A stretch of DNA of 64,000 bases, from the NCBI GenBank assembly GCA_012295275.1, contig CM022672.1:31620001-31684000 (forward strand). Reading direction: 5' to 3'. Origin of the DNA: Chrysomallon squamiferum. Taxonomy: Eukaryota; Animalia; Mollusca. Positions 13,403-25,400 of the stretch are shown here, piece by piece. Position 1 is the stretch's first letter. Each line of letters begins with the position of its first letter. The position numbers and the translations under genes were made by a program. The notes beneath the pieces were generated by a model, which searched no databases, was not told where the DNA came from, and worked only from the letters and a program-made list of their open reading frames with translations.

Positions 13403-16400
13403 TTATCCCATTTTTTGGGCAAGTTCTTTAGCGCGAGCTTTCTCAATCTTTGCCGCTTTGGCTTGCGACTTAGATCCCATAATTCCTCCACCCCAGTGAC
13501 GACGAATCTGCAAGGAGAAAACAACGACACATTAAATATGTTTTTAAAAAGCTGCAAATAATCATTGGGAAGCAGTTAATTTATATTAACTTTTGATTTT
13601 AACAAAAACACCTAAATAACCATTGATAATAAACGGTATAGGATTTGATCTTGTAAACTTTCATTAATAATAAAAAAATATAATAAACCATCAAAATGAA
13701 ACTGTTTAAAATTAAAATTCAAGTTTCTGTGAAGATATGAATAAAAACATCTAGTAGTATTCTTTATACAATATCTGCATTATGACAAAATTTCTGAACA
13801 AAAGTAATTTTTGAGCAATCACTGGAGGTGATGTCATAAAAATGTCTGGGATTCTGTATACTTCTGCATTATTATTATTCAATCATGATAAAATTTCTGA
13901 AAAATAATTCTTGACCCATTACTGGACATGATTTGACAATATAATGCCTGGTAGGATGCAAAATATATTTAGTTACATAACAAAATTACTGGTGGAATGT
14001 ACACACAAGTTCTGTGTGATAATCCATTCCATTTTAAAATGAACTGAAAGCTCAGACACAGCCAAGGACTAGAATCATGACCTTCATTTGTAAGAGAGAA
14101 AAAAATGTGTCATCACAGCTTTCATGTTTTCAAACATACTGGCTTGAAACTGAAATTGTTCATAGTGTTTTAAGTGGACTTCAGAGACCAGTTTTCAGAT
14201 ATTTGTACAAATACGTTGTTTGCATCTTTCAGAACATGTTTAAAAATGTCAAATATTTCAGTCATGTACTCAAGCTCCACATACTGAAAAACACTATGAA
14301 CTTCAGTTCTAACCTAATTATATTGAATAAAAATAAATAAAAATATCTCAACAAAAATCAACAGTAACATTAACTGCAAATCAAATTTACAGTCAGTTAT
14401 TAGATAAATATGAAGAACTTCATTTCACTTTCTAAATCTTTTAAATTATAAAAACATCCATTAAAACTATGAATAATTCATCATTAAGCAAGCAACAGCA
14501 AGAAGCTGGAAAAACTATTTTGTAACTGAAAGAAGTTTCTATCAAGTCAGTCTTAAGTATTCATTTTGATTCTGAAATATGAAGCATTAAATCTGGATCT
14601 TCTGTACTTTATTTTAAAGTTAATTAGACTTACTTCATCGGCTCTCTCATTGTAGTTTGTCTTAACAGCTTCTGTCAGCTTGTTCAGTAAAGGCTTGTCC
14701 TCTCTGAAACAAAGGAAATAACAGAACTGACTGAATAGTTTTAACTTAAATAATCATCAATTTTCTTTTTGTTAAAAATTATTTCTCATTAAAAACCACT
14801 AAGTAAGAAAATAAGGAATATTTTCCAACAACTCGTGGAATGTGAGAGGGAATTTTAACACACAACTCGTGTAACGTGAGAGGGAATTAGAAAGATTAAA
14901 CTATTACGGGTTCACTGTGGAAATGGCTAAGCATGCTGCAGTCTTTCTGTGTACGACACGCCCCAGTCTGGCTTTTCCCTTCACTATGCAGTACGGAACT
15001 CCCATCTTGCGACAAAGAGCAGGCAGGAACAGCACAATCTAAAAACATTCAGTATAAATATATTTATAAAAACATCGGGTGAAAAATATAAATGAGCTAT
15101 GTTCAAACTCATTCCATATTTATTACAGGACCTGTACTGGTTTAACTGGAAACAAGTTGTAACTCGGATATACTGACAGGAACAAGAGAAGAATTGTGCT
15201 ACTCAAAAAGTAAAAAAGACCTCACCAACTCCATAGGAATTGCTGATACATTCGTACCGATGTAATTTTAAAATAAACTAGAAATTCAGAAAATATAAAT
15301 GAACTACTATTCTTACTTGTTCAACAATTATAGAAATGTTTAACTGAGCACATTAATCACGGTTCTAAAGATGGAGAAATGCTAACAGTTTCAATCATAA
15401 ATTACGTTTTCAGTTTGCTCAGATTTAAAAAGCTCGTTTTTTTTTTATCAACACTGTTTTTCAGGTGAAGAAATTCTAACATCATTGCAAACTGACGAAG
15501 AAATGACTGAGGTAAAGAATACCACAAATGTAATTTACAAAAATTCGGAAGTTTCAGTTGGTGATAAAATACAATGAACATATTTTTGTTCAAATTACAT
15601 GTATAACTGAAGTCATCTTAATCTCAGAAACTCACAACATGAATGTTTGAAATATTTTTGGAGACTATTTTTTACTTATATTATAAAATTATACACTTCA
15701 ACTTTATATATATATATATAGACACACACACACACACAGACAAATTATCTGTAGCAACTAAATACACATTTTAAAATGGCATCAACTTAAGGTATCATGG
15801 TAAAATTTATTTTAAAAATTGGGGTTTTTTTAAATTATTATTTCTGGTTTTAATCCTAATTATGTGACCAGTTTGCTCAGATTTAAAAAGCTCGGTTTTT
15901 ATCAACACAGTATTTCAGGTGAAGAAATTCTAACATCACTGAAAACTGACCACATAATGAGTGAAGAAAAGAATGCGCATGTAATTTACAAAATTCTGAA
16001 TTTTTGACGATTAAACCGATCTGTAAGGCATATAAATTATGTTTATGAAAAACATTTGAGATGTTTCTCCAATTATAAAAATAAAAAAAATTAATTTTTT
16101 TTTTTAAATCTAAAGAAAACATTTGGCTGGATAACCAGTACAGTGGATTTAAAAAGTGTTTATTAACTTGGAGGAAATTATGGAAAATAAATATTTCAGA
16201 AGTTACCGTTTCTACAATATATCAACCACTGAAAGGTCAAGGCTGGGAAGAATATTTACTGACTGAGAATGGAATTTAAAAGAAAATGTTTCACAATGAA
16301 ACAAAATATACAAATGGAAAAATCTGTTTCAAAACTAAGTTCAGAGATCTAGATGGAAAAGGTTTTATGTACAGCAAAAATTTTCAGATAGATAGTTGAT

Positions 16401-19400
16401 CATCATTGCCTGATTTAATAGTAATATTCTCCATTTCAAACAGTTAATAACATAAATGTCTTAATTTGCGTTTCACATTCTTCTTCAGATAATGCAGTCA
16501 CGATGTTTTCAGACACACAGTATTTACACATAATCAATCAAATATTCTGGATCTAGATATAACTTCAGTAAAAGTTGATAGAACAATCAAAAATGTTGGA
16601 AAGAAAAACAATTGCTATTTAAAGAATTGAAATCAGTGGGACAAGTTTGCTCAGATTTAAAAAGCTCGGTTTTAATCTACACGGTTGTTTTTTTTCAGGT
16701 GAAGAAATTCATGCATCATTGCAAACTTAAACACTGATCAGTATAAAATAAAAACAAAATACTGCTGTGAAATATTTTTCTATTTTATATACCAAGAATA
16801 TATAAACTATAAGTCTCTAAATCACATAGGTGTATAATAAAAAAAATAAAAATAAAAATAACAAAAGAATGTTTTGTGTGTGCCACGTTTACTAGTATTT
16901 AAAACATAACTATGTCAAAATTAAATTTCTTACTAGGGCTAACTCAGAATTAAGTTTTCTAGTTCATCAACTCACTTCAATGGGTTCTACATCATGTGCA
17001 ATGGCCACAATCTGGGCTTTCTTCTGCTCCACCAACGTTGTTACAGTGTTGACCCCGGACCTGACAACAGGGGGTCGCTTTGTGGGTACATCGTCCTTCC
17101 CTGCGGCCCTGCTGGCTGCTCTCACACCCAGCCTCGCCTTCTTCTGTTGTTTCGTCTCAGGCTTGTACTTGTCAAACAGTCGGAACAGCTGAGTTGCTGG
17201 GGGAGAAAAAAAAGAAGAAATAATTATAAAAATAAAAAACGACCATGTTACAACAACAAAATACTTTTTACATATTCTATTTATGTCAAAGACTCATAGA
17301 TTTGTTATCTGAAATGTATTAATCAGTCATCAATTCTGCAAATAGGAAGGGATTTGGTATAATATACAAATGAAAAAAAAAAGAGAATTTTAAAACCAAG
17401 CTCAGAGATCTAGGTGGTAGATTTATGTACATCAAACATTATCAGACAGCTAAATGGTTAATCATCACTGCTTGGTTAACATTACAATTCATTAACACTG
17501 GTGAAATATTTGTATAATATTATATAAAATTATTTATCTATGAGCAGATTAAAATGAATGGTCTCCTTGCTTCAAATTTTATCTTTCACAATACATGAAC
17601 AGCTGACAAAGAAAATAAGATAAGGATTTTTTAAAGCAGAATTTTATTTCACACTATATGTATATCAAGTATCTGTTTTGCATCGTACTTAGTTTATAAA
17701 AAAATTATTAAATCAGCATGCATTTGTTTTTGCATTTCAGTTTCCCCGAACTTTGTGGAAATTATTTAATTTGAATAATTTACAAGATAAAATGTATCTT
17801 TTTACCACACATTTTAGTAGTAGGTACCCCAAATGCATTGCTGCAATCTGTTAAGCTGATCTGACATCGTTTTTGTGATTTCAAATTCAGATTCCGTGTG
17901 TTTGGATTCAACTTTAGTTTTAAATAAATTAAATAAAAAAATGTTTCTAATATTTTTTTAAACAAGAATGTTCCACAATGTCTTTCTGACAATGGCATTA
18001 TTATTTTTATAATCCACTCTGCCAGTGCTGGGCACTTCATGCTCTTTCTTGCCGATGTGGATTTAGATGTGTGACTGTGCTGTTAGATGATGATGCAAAA
18101 ACATCTATGCATTTATTATCACTAAGTGTATATTATCAAAGTATGGTGTTGGCTGTCATTGTCATTCATTATGAAATTCTAAGTCACAGTTGTGGTACTG
18201 TTGGTGCCCATAACAATAAAGAACATCAAAAGTATATTAACTGGAAAGCTAACCATATTTGTGAAGAAAATCATCATGGTACTCCTGGGTCAATGAATGC
18301 AGCCATACAGGAAATTCTGTGAACTAGATAAATGTGGATTTAGATTGTTACTGTGCTGTCAGATGATGATGGTAAAACATTTATGCATTTATTATCACTA
18401 AATGTATATAGTAATGACTGCAATCTAGAAAAAATATTTCTGTGCAGAATGAAATACAGATCAGGTTTCATGTTAATTTTACCCCAGTTTTTATGTTTTA
18501 GATTAGAAAATTTTACCATAAATTTCAGTTACGATTCTAAGATATAGCCCACTGAGATAATTTACATTAACTGTATTAATCAGTGTATTACGTTTGCTCA
18601 GATTTAAAAAGCTCAGTTTTAATCTACACTGTATTTCAGGTAAAGAAATTTTCTCTCATCACTGCAAACTTCAAGAATTTAACCATTCCATTACTTCCAA
18701 TTACTACTTTCCTACTCTAACATGAAAAAAACAAATGCCAATAAGGTATGAAAATATTTTAACAATTCTGAGTACAAACAACACAACCCAATTACAGTAA
18801 CAATTTTGACAATATTACTAGAGAAAATTTTCTGAACATTCCAGCATTTCTGTCTGTCAATCTAAACAGGATTTTTTCGTCATGTTTATATAGAAAAGAG
18901 GGTCCTAGCTATTATTTTTTTTGGGGGGTGGGGGGAATATAAAGAAATATAGAATATTAATTTTTCTATTATTATTTTTACTGTTTGTACATGCATGGGT
19001 GTGTTTGTTCTGTTCACTACTTCTACTGAATTCCGAGTCTCCTATTTACAACACACAAGTCATGCACATTACAAACAATCATTTAACTTATCTTTCACAA
19101 GATTTGAACCATGAGCTTCCAGCTCAATCTGCATCAAGTGTACCAGCCACTTAACCAACTGAGCTGCAGTGACAAGCTGACTGTGACATTCAAATACCAG
19201 TAGTCACTGGTTTTAATGATGGAATGCTACACCTAATGCAAATTCTCAATACAATAAACTATTGAAATAAGCCAACATTAAATTTAATCAGAATACAACT
19301 CAATACATTGTAGTGCCCAATGTGCAGCACAGAACTTTCCATCTCTGCAAAATTAAATTTAAGAAGAGGCAACAGAAAGACTTTTGTTTCCAATGCAACA

Positions 19401-22400
19401 TTCTGCAGAAAGTGAACCAAGTCCAAAGAGACTTTGTTCAAGGGTTCCCATCTCTTACTGTCAGAGTATTCTGCTCCTTTACCATTTCGTTAAAAAATGT
19501 GATTACAAGACAACTGTAGATATGAATAAAACAAACCCTAACCCTAACCCTAAAAGTGACCCTTTTAAAACCAAGCTCAGAGATCTAGGTGGTAGATTTA
19601 TGTACATCAAACATTATCAGACAGCTAAATGGTTAATCATCACTGCTTGGTTAACATTACAATTCATTAACACTGGTGAAATATTTGTATAATATTATAT
19701 AAAATTATTTATCTATGGGCAGGTTAAAATTAATGCTTCCCTAACTCTAAAGCTAGAATTGACCTTTGTAGTTCTACTGACCATTGGTGCCTGCACCTAT
19801 TTAATAGAATACACATGGTGTGTATAAAATGCCAACAACAAAGCACACACACACACACACACATTAGAAAAACAACCTGATCTCCACTTGGTTGAAATGA
19901 TGTACTGAACATTGCAAAGAAGATAAAATTTATTTGAATCATTTTTATGTGACCGTTTGCAGATTATACAACCTGTGAAAGTAGTACGTGTTTAAAAATT
20001 AGTTTTATTTTGTTACTATCTGCAATGGCACCATACTGTAAGGAAAGGAAAAGAGTATGATGTGCCAGTTGATTATTAGTTTAAAAGTTTAAAATTATAT
20101 AACATATTGTAGGTATGTGCAGATACTCGCGATTAGCGGCTGCGGTTTCTTACCAATTAGCTGTTCCACAGAAATCGTGTTTTGCATGAGGGGGGGCACC
20201 GTTTGTTCGCTTTTCATTGGATCGTGTTATATTCTTTCCTTGGGATTTCTGCATATAAACACAGACGGGATATTGATAAATGCTCACGATTTCGAATATT
20301 TTGATTCCGTTGAGTTTTTCTGTGCCTACGCTGCCTTTTAGAAAATTACGAATTTTCAACACGCTTGAACCACTAAAACCAGCTACTGGACACGAACGAA
20401 AGGTAAGTAGACATTAACTTTGGTTTTTTATCTTATTGTCTTTAAAATTTTATCAAAAGTTATGGTTGCATTCAATTGTTATGATTGCCTCGTGAAATAT
20501 GGTATTTTGGTCATTTCGGTGTTCGATCGCCATCGTGACACTTTTACAGAATTTTCAACATGCTACAATAACTAAAACCGGTTACATTGACACTTAATGA
20601 AAAGTAGCTGGACATAATAATTAGTTTTTTATCTTATTGTCTTTAAAATTTTATCAAAATGCTTGGACGCATTCAACTGTTATGATCGCCTCGTCAAAAA
20701 TGGTCTGTTGGTCATTTTGGTGTTCGGTCGCCATCTTGAAACTTTTACGGAATTTTCAACATGCTACAATAACCGGTTCATGGACACGAACGAAAAGTAG
20801 CTGGACATAATAATTAGTTTTTTATCTTACTGTCTTTAAAATTTTATCAAAAGTTATGGTTGCATTCAATTGTTATGATCGCCTCGTGAAATATGGTCTG
20901 TGTAATTTCGGTTTTCGATCGCCATCTTGAAACTTTTACGGAATTTTCAACATGCTACAATAACTAAAACCGGTTATGTGACACGAATGAAAAGTAGCTG
21001 GACATAATAATTAGTTTTTATATTATTGTCTTTAAAATTTTATCAAAATGCTTGGACGATTCAACTGTTATGATCGCCTCGTCAAAAATGGTCTGTTGGT
21101 CATTTTGGTGTTCGGTCGCCATCTTGAAACTTTTACGGAATTTTCAACATGCTACAATAACCGGTTCATGGACACGAACGAAAAGTAGCTGGACATAATA
21201 ATTAGTTTTTTATCTTACTGTCTTTAAAATTTTATCAAAAGTTATGGTTGCATTCAATTGTTATGATCGCCTCGTGAAATATGGTCTGTGTAATTTCGGT
21301 TTTCGATCGCCATCTTGAAACTTTTACGGAATTTTCAACATGCTACAATAACTAAAACCGGTTATGTGACACGAATGAAAAGAAGCTGGACATAATAATT
21401 AGTTTTATTATCTTTGAAATTTTATGAAGCAGCTTCGAGGCTCTTAATTGTAATTTTTACCTCGTGAAATATGGTTTGTTGGCGTTATATCGCCAGTTTG
21501 AGTTTCTGTTTTTTTCTTCAAAATTACGAATGTTCAACATGCTACAGTCACTAAATCCGGTTACATGAGACGAATGAAAAGTAGTTTTTTTTATCTAATT
21601 GTCTTTGAAATTTTGTCAAGCAGCTGCAAGCATGCTAACTAGTAACTCTAATCTTTATCTCGTCAAGCATGGTTATTTCGACGTTAGATCGCTGAAGTGA
21701 AAGTGTCATGGCAGACCAAACTTCCTGTATAAGGACTTACGTTTGAGAATGGATTATGCTGACTTAATACTTATTCTTCTTAAATTATCTTACATAAGAA
21801 TGATGGACAAATATGTTCCTAACAATATATTGGTATTTTCATCCATAATTGTCTCAAATCTCAAGATGTTTTAGGATTTTAAAATCATAAAATTGACCAA
21901 ACAATTATAATTTCTAAACACCAAATCAAATAAGCACTTGCTATTGTATTCTGTGTGGATTTAATTTGTATTGGTCATTCAACTTTTGCATTTCTTTTCA
22001 TATAATGGTGTTTTTTTTTGTTTTGTTTTTCAGTGTTTGGTTTGACCCACAGTTGATGTTTCATTTTGGTAATATTGTCTTTCATAATTTCAACTTTTTA
22101 AAACTTATTTCAGTTGTCTTCTCAGCTCTTTTCTTGTTTTTTTCAGTGAATAACCAAAAGATGCCTTTCAGTAACAAGAGACAGTGCCTAATTAGATGTA
22201 ACCAAACAAGCTTAGGTAGACAGCATCTGCAAGAAAAGTATTCCACAGTTCCTGCAACAGATGAGTTTTTGAAAGGACACGTGCTTTATATTTACATTAG
22301 CTGTGGTAACAGTCGAGCAACAACAGTTAGTGAATTATGTAGTCATTTTTCACTAACTCCTACCCCTGTGTTGAGACTTTCGCTTGAAGTGAAGAAAGTT

Positions 22401-25400
22401 GTGTACCAGTTCGACAAGTTTCGTCATGCTGAACAATTTACCAAATTTATGTGTTTATGTTCAGAAATTTTTTTACTGACGGAAAGCTGTAATCTTGAGG
22501 ATGTACCCGGAAAACAAGATGAGCCCCAACCTGGACCAAGATGCAACCCACAATACGTTACTGCTTCCCCAGAACCACACAATCTATTGGATAGCAGTTC
22601 ACTCTGTGGAGAAGATACAGAGGAACCTGCTATTCCAATATTGACAAAACCACCCATGAAAACCAGACAAACAAAAAAATGCCTTTCATGCAAGTTATTA
22701 AATAACTCCTTAACAAATATGAGACTAAAACAGCTACAGCTTCAAAGGTCTACACAAATTGCAATCCGAGATGCGAGAGCACAGCAAAAGAAAAAGGGAT
22801 ACGTAAAATTCTTAAACCAGACAATCAGACGGAAAGAGGAACAGATAGCAAAATTTCAAGAACAAAGTACCGTTTCAAAGGTGATCATGCATGAGGCAAA
22901 ATCTACTCTGTCAAACTTTAAAAAAACCCACGAACAAATGAAAAAGTACCACAACGAAAAAAAGAATAAAACTGAATCAGAAACTCTGCTGCTGTCTGCC
23001 AAAAACGAAATTTCTGAACTTAAAATAAAACTTGAAATAAAACAAAAGGAGATAATTGATCTCCAGAGAGATAAAATCCTGCTTGAAGAAAAGCTTCATG
23101 AGTCAATTATGAGCAATACAATGTGTATGTAATCATGACAATTAAAGACACAGGTATTGTAACTGTCATTTGAAGCAGACAAAAGAATTTTCTTGGTTTT
23201 GTGTTCGTACTTCCTGTGCTTTGACAGCAAACAAAAGATACCTATCAATGTATCATGTGACCATCGCTGATGTTTTCTCTGATGGAGCAAATCAGCACTT
23301 GATACAAAAATAGCCTAAGTTTGATCAATTTATAGTTTTATGATTAAAAAAATAGTGATAACATTCTATCACTACCTCTGGTACATAAATTCATGTTGTT
23401 TATATTTTAATAACCTGTTGGCTGTATCATTGTATGTTTTTCTTCAATGTTCCTATGTTTAGCTTATTCATTGTAGCACATGTGAATGAGATCGCCGTGC
23501 ATTGTTTCCTACCTACCTAGTCAAGTCACCGAAGACTTTATGTTCAACTACAAATAACTGGTGCTATTTTAAATGATTATATTTCTATAATCTGTGTTGA
23601 TTATATTTTTAATAACTTGTATAATGCATGTTTTATTATATGTTATGACTTTTACTGAATATAATTATAATATGAATACGTTCTGAAATAAACAAATTAA
23701 TGTTTATCTATAATCCTCTGCAATACATAAACTCATATAATAAATTGGAGTCTACTCCAGAAAGGTATTGCCGGTCTTAATTAGGAGCAATACATTGTGT
23801 ATGTAATCATGACACTAAAGACAGGTATGATAAGTGTCATTTGAAGCAGACAATAGAATTTTCATGGCTTTGTGTTTGTACTTCCTGTGATTTGACAGCA
23901 AACAAAAGATACCTATCAATGTATCATGTGACCATTGTTAATGTTTTCTCTGATGGAGCAAATCAAAATTTGAAGCAAAAATAGCCTAAGTTTTAAAACT
24001 GAACACTTTATGATTTATCAGTTTATGGTTTTACGATTAAAAAGAAAAAGTTGTACATTTCGTATTTAATATTCTATGAATACCTCTGGTACTTAGATTC
24101 ACAGAATACATTCATTGTACTGTTTTGTAGTACAGTTTGTTATGTTTATGATTTTTAATTCGCCATTTATCGCAAGAATTTTTAAAGCAAAACACGAAGT
24201 TAGTTTATTTCTGATCGTATTCATATTATAATGTATATACTTTTTAGAAATCCGAACACTGGAGAAAACTATGCATCCCAAAAGTTACTAAAAATATAAA
24301 CATAGCTTCTATCATTTTAAATAGCAGAGGTTCTTTTATATGTTTGTTACTCTTTTTTTATTTCTTTCTTTTTTTTTTTTTTTTTCAAATTTATTTTTAG
24401 GCAAGCAATATACATTTGTGGACATAACTTTTGTTATAAATTTACACGCCATTGGTATTAATAGCGACGACATGTACGATGTTAGAAATATCGAACTTTG
24501 ACCTTCCTGGGCTAAAAATAGCCTTGCTAAAAATAGTCGGTGTTGAGCAAAGGCGACACCGCCTTCAGATGAGCGCTTCGTAGAGCGACACCGCTTTAGC
24601 TTTAGGGATGTTCACAAAGTTCGCTTACCCCCACCACGTTTAACGCTCTCATACAAACTACTGAATTAACACATAACAAAAACAACATCACCATTTAAAA
24701 GAGCGCATATTAATCTGTATTTGAGTGTAATTGTTTTTCATGATAAAATTTACAGAAGGGATTTGGGTGGGGCTGGAAATGGACAAAATCGGCACTTTTT
24801 CCACTTACGTTTGTTAGGCTGCTGGTATCTTAATTAATAACTTCTTTTTAATTTTTTCAAATATAATCGATAGCAGAGATTGGCATTGGTCTTCTCTGAA
24901 AATTTCATCAAGAAAGCTTGATTATTAACAAAGATAGAGGGGGAAATGTTAAAATATTACTATTTTTGGTCACAGACCTCTAATGACTTATATAGCGTTT
25001 AATCGGACAAAAAAAATTGCTTTTCCGGGGGTTTAAAATTGCTGCTACTTCCTTAATTTTTTACATACTCACTTGATCTTGCTATCATTTTAAAGTGGTT
25101 TACAAGCTCTACCCAACTGTCTTATTTATTTTCAGATTAGTGGGGTTTGAAAAATGTATCCACATACCTACATATTGGAATTGAATTATAACAGGATTAA
25201 AAAAAAATTATATAAAAAGAAAAGGTACGGAATATTTGGAACTCTTGCCATTGCAACAGCTATCGGTTACTGTCCATCTCATCTATATTTTGATCTAACA
25301 ATAATTAATGTATAGTAACTGCCAACAAGCCTGCAGGTTCTAAACCTAATCCACACTGTTTCTGCTGTGACAGCAAAAACTCTAAATAAACAAAGTTCAA

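Larger units (their letters stand above)
20110..25170 (+). mobile_element. About 5.06-kb TIR DNA transposon (hAT- or P-like, probably internally deleted) in RPL7A intron 3
   Basis: Terminal inverted repeat TAGGTATGTG (20110-20119) / CACATACCTA (25161-25170), flanked on both sides by CATATTG (8 bp ACATATTG if the terminal A is counted as target). It contains a subterminal tandem array and an internal ORF. Confidence 0.85.

Noticed and set aside
14393-14484. Possible extra C/D snoRNA (ATGATGA...TTTATCTAATAA-CTGA) on the minus strand
   Set aside because: No terminal stem, extremely AT-rich, and the guide match is unconvincing.
16980-17299. Plus-strand ORFs 16980-17192 and 16994-17299 (also 25367, 36705, 55924)
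   Set aside because: They are antisense shadows of real minus-strand exons.
19101-19168. Functional tRNA gene
   Set aside because: A and B boxes are present, but there is no acceptor stem or anticodon arm; treated as a SINE remnant.
20340-21700. Regular repeat array considered as CRISPR-like
   Set aside because: The units are contiguous 195-bp tandem copies without unique spacers, in a eukaryotic transposon with no cas genes.
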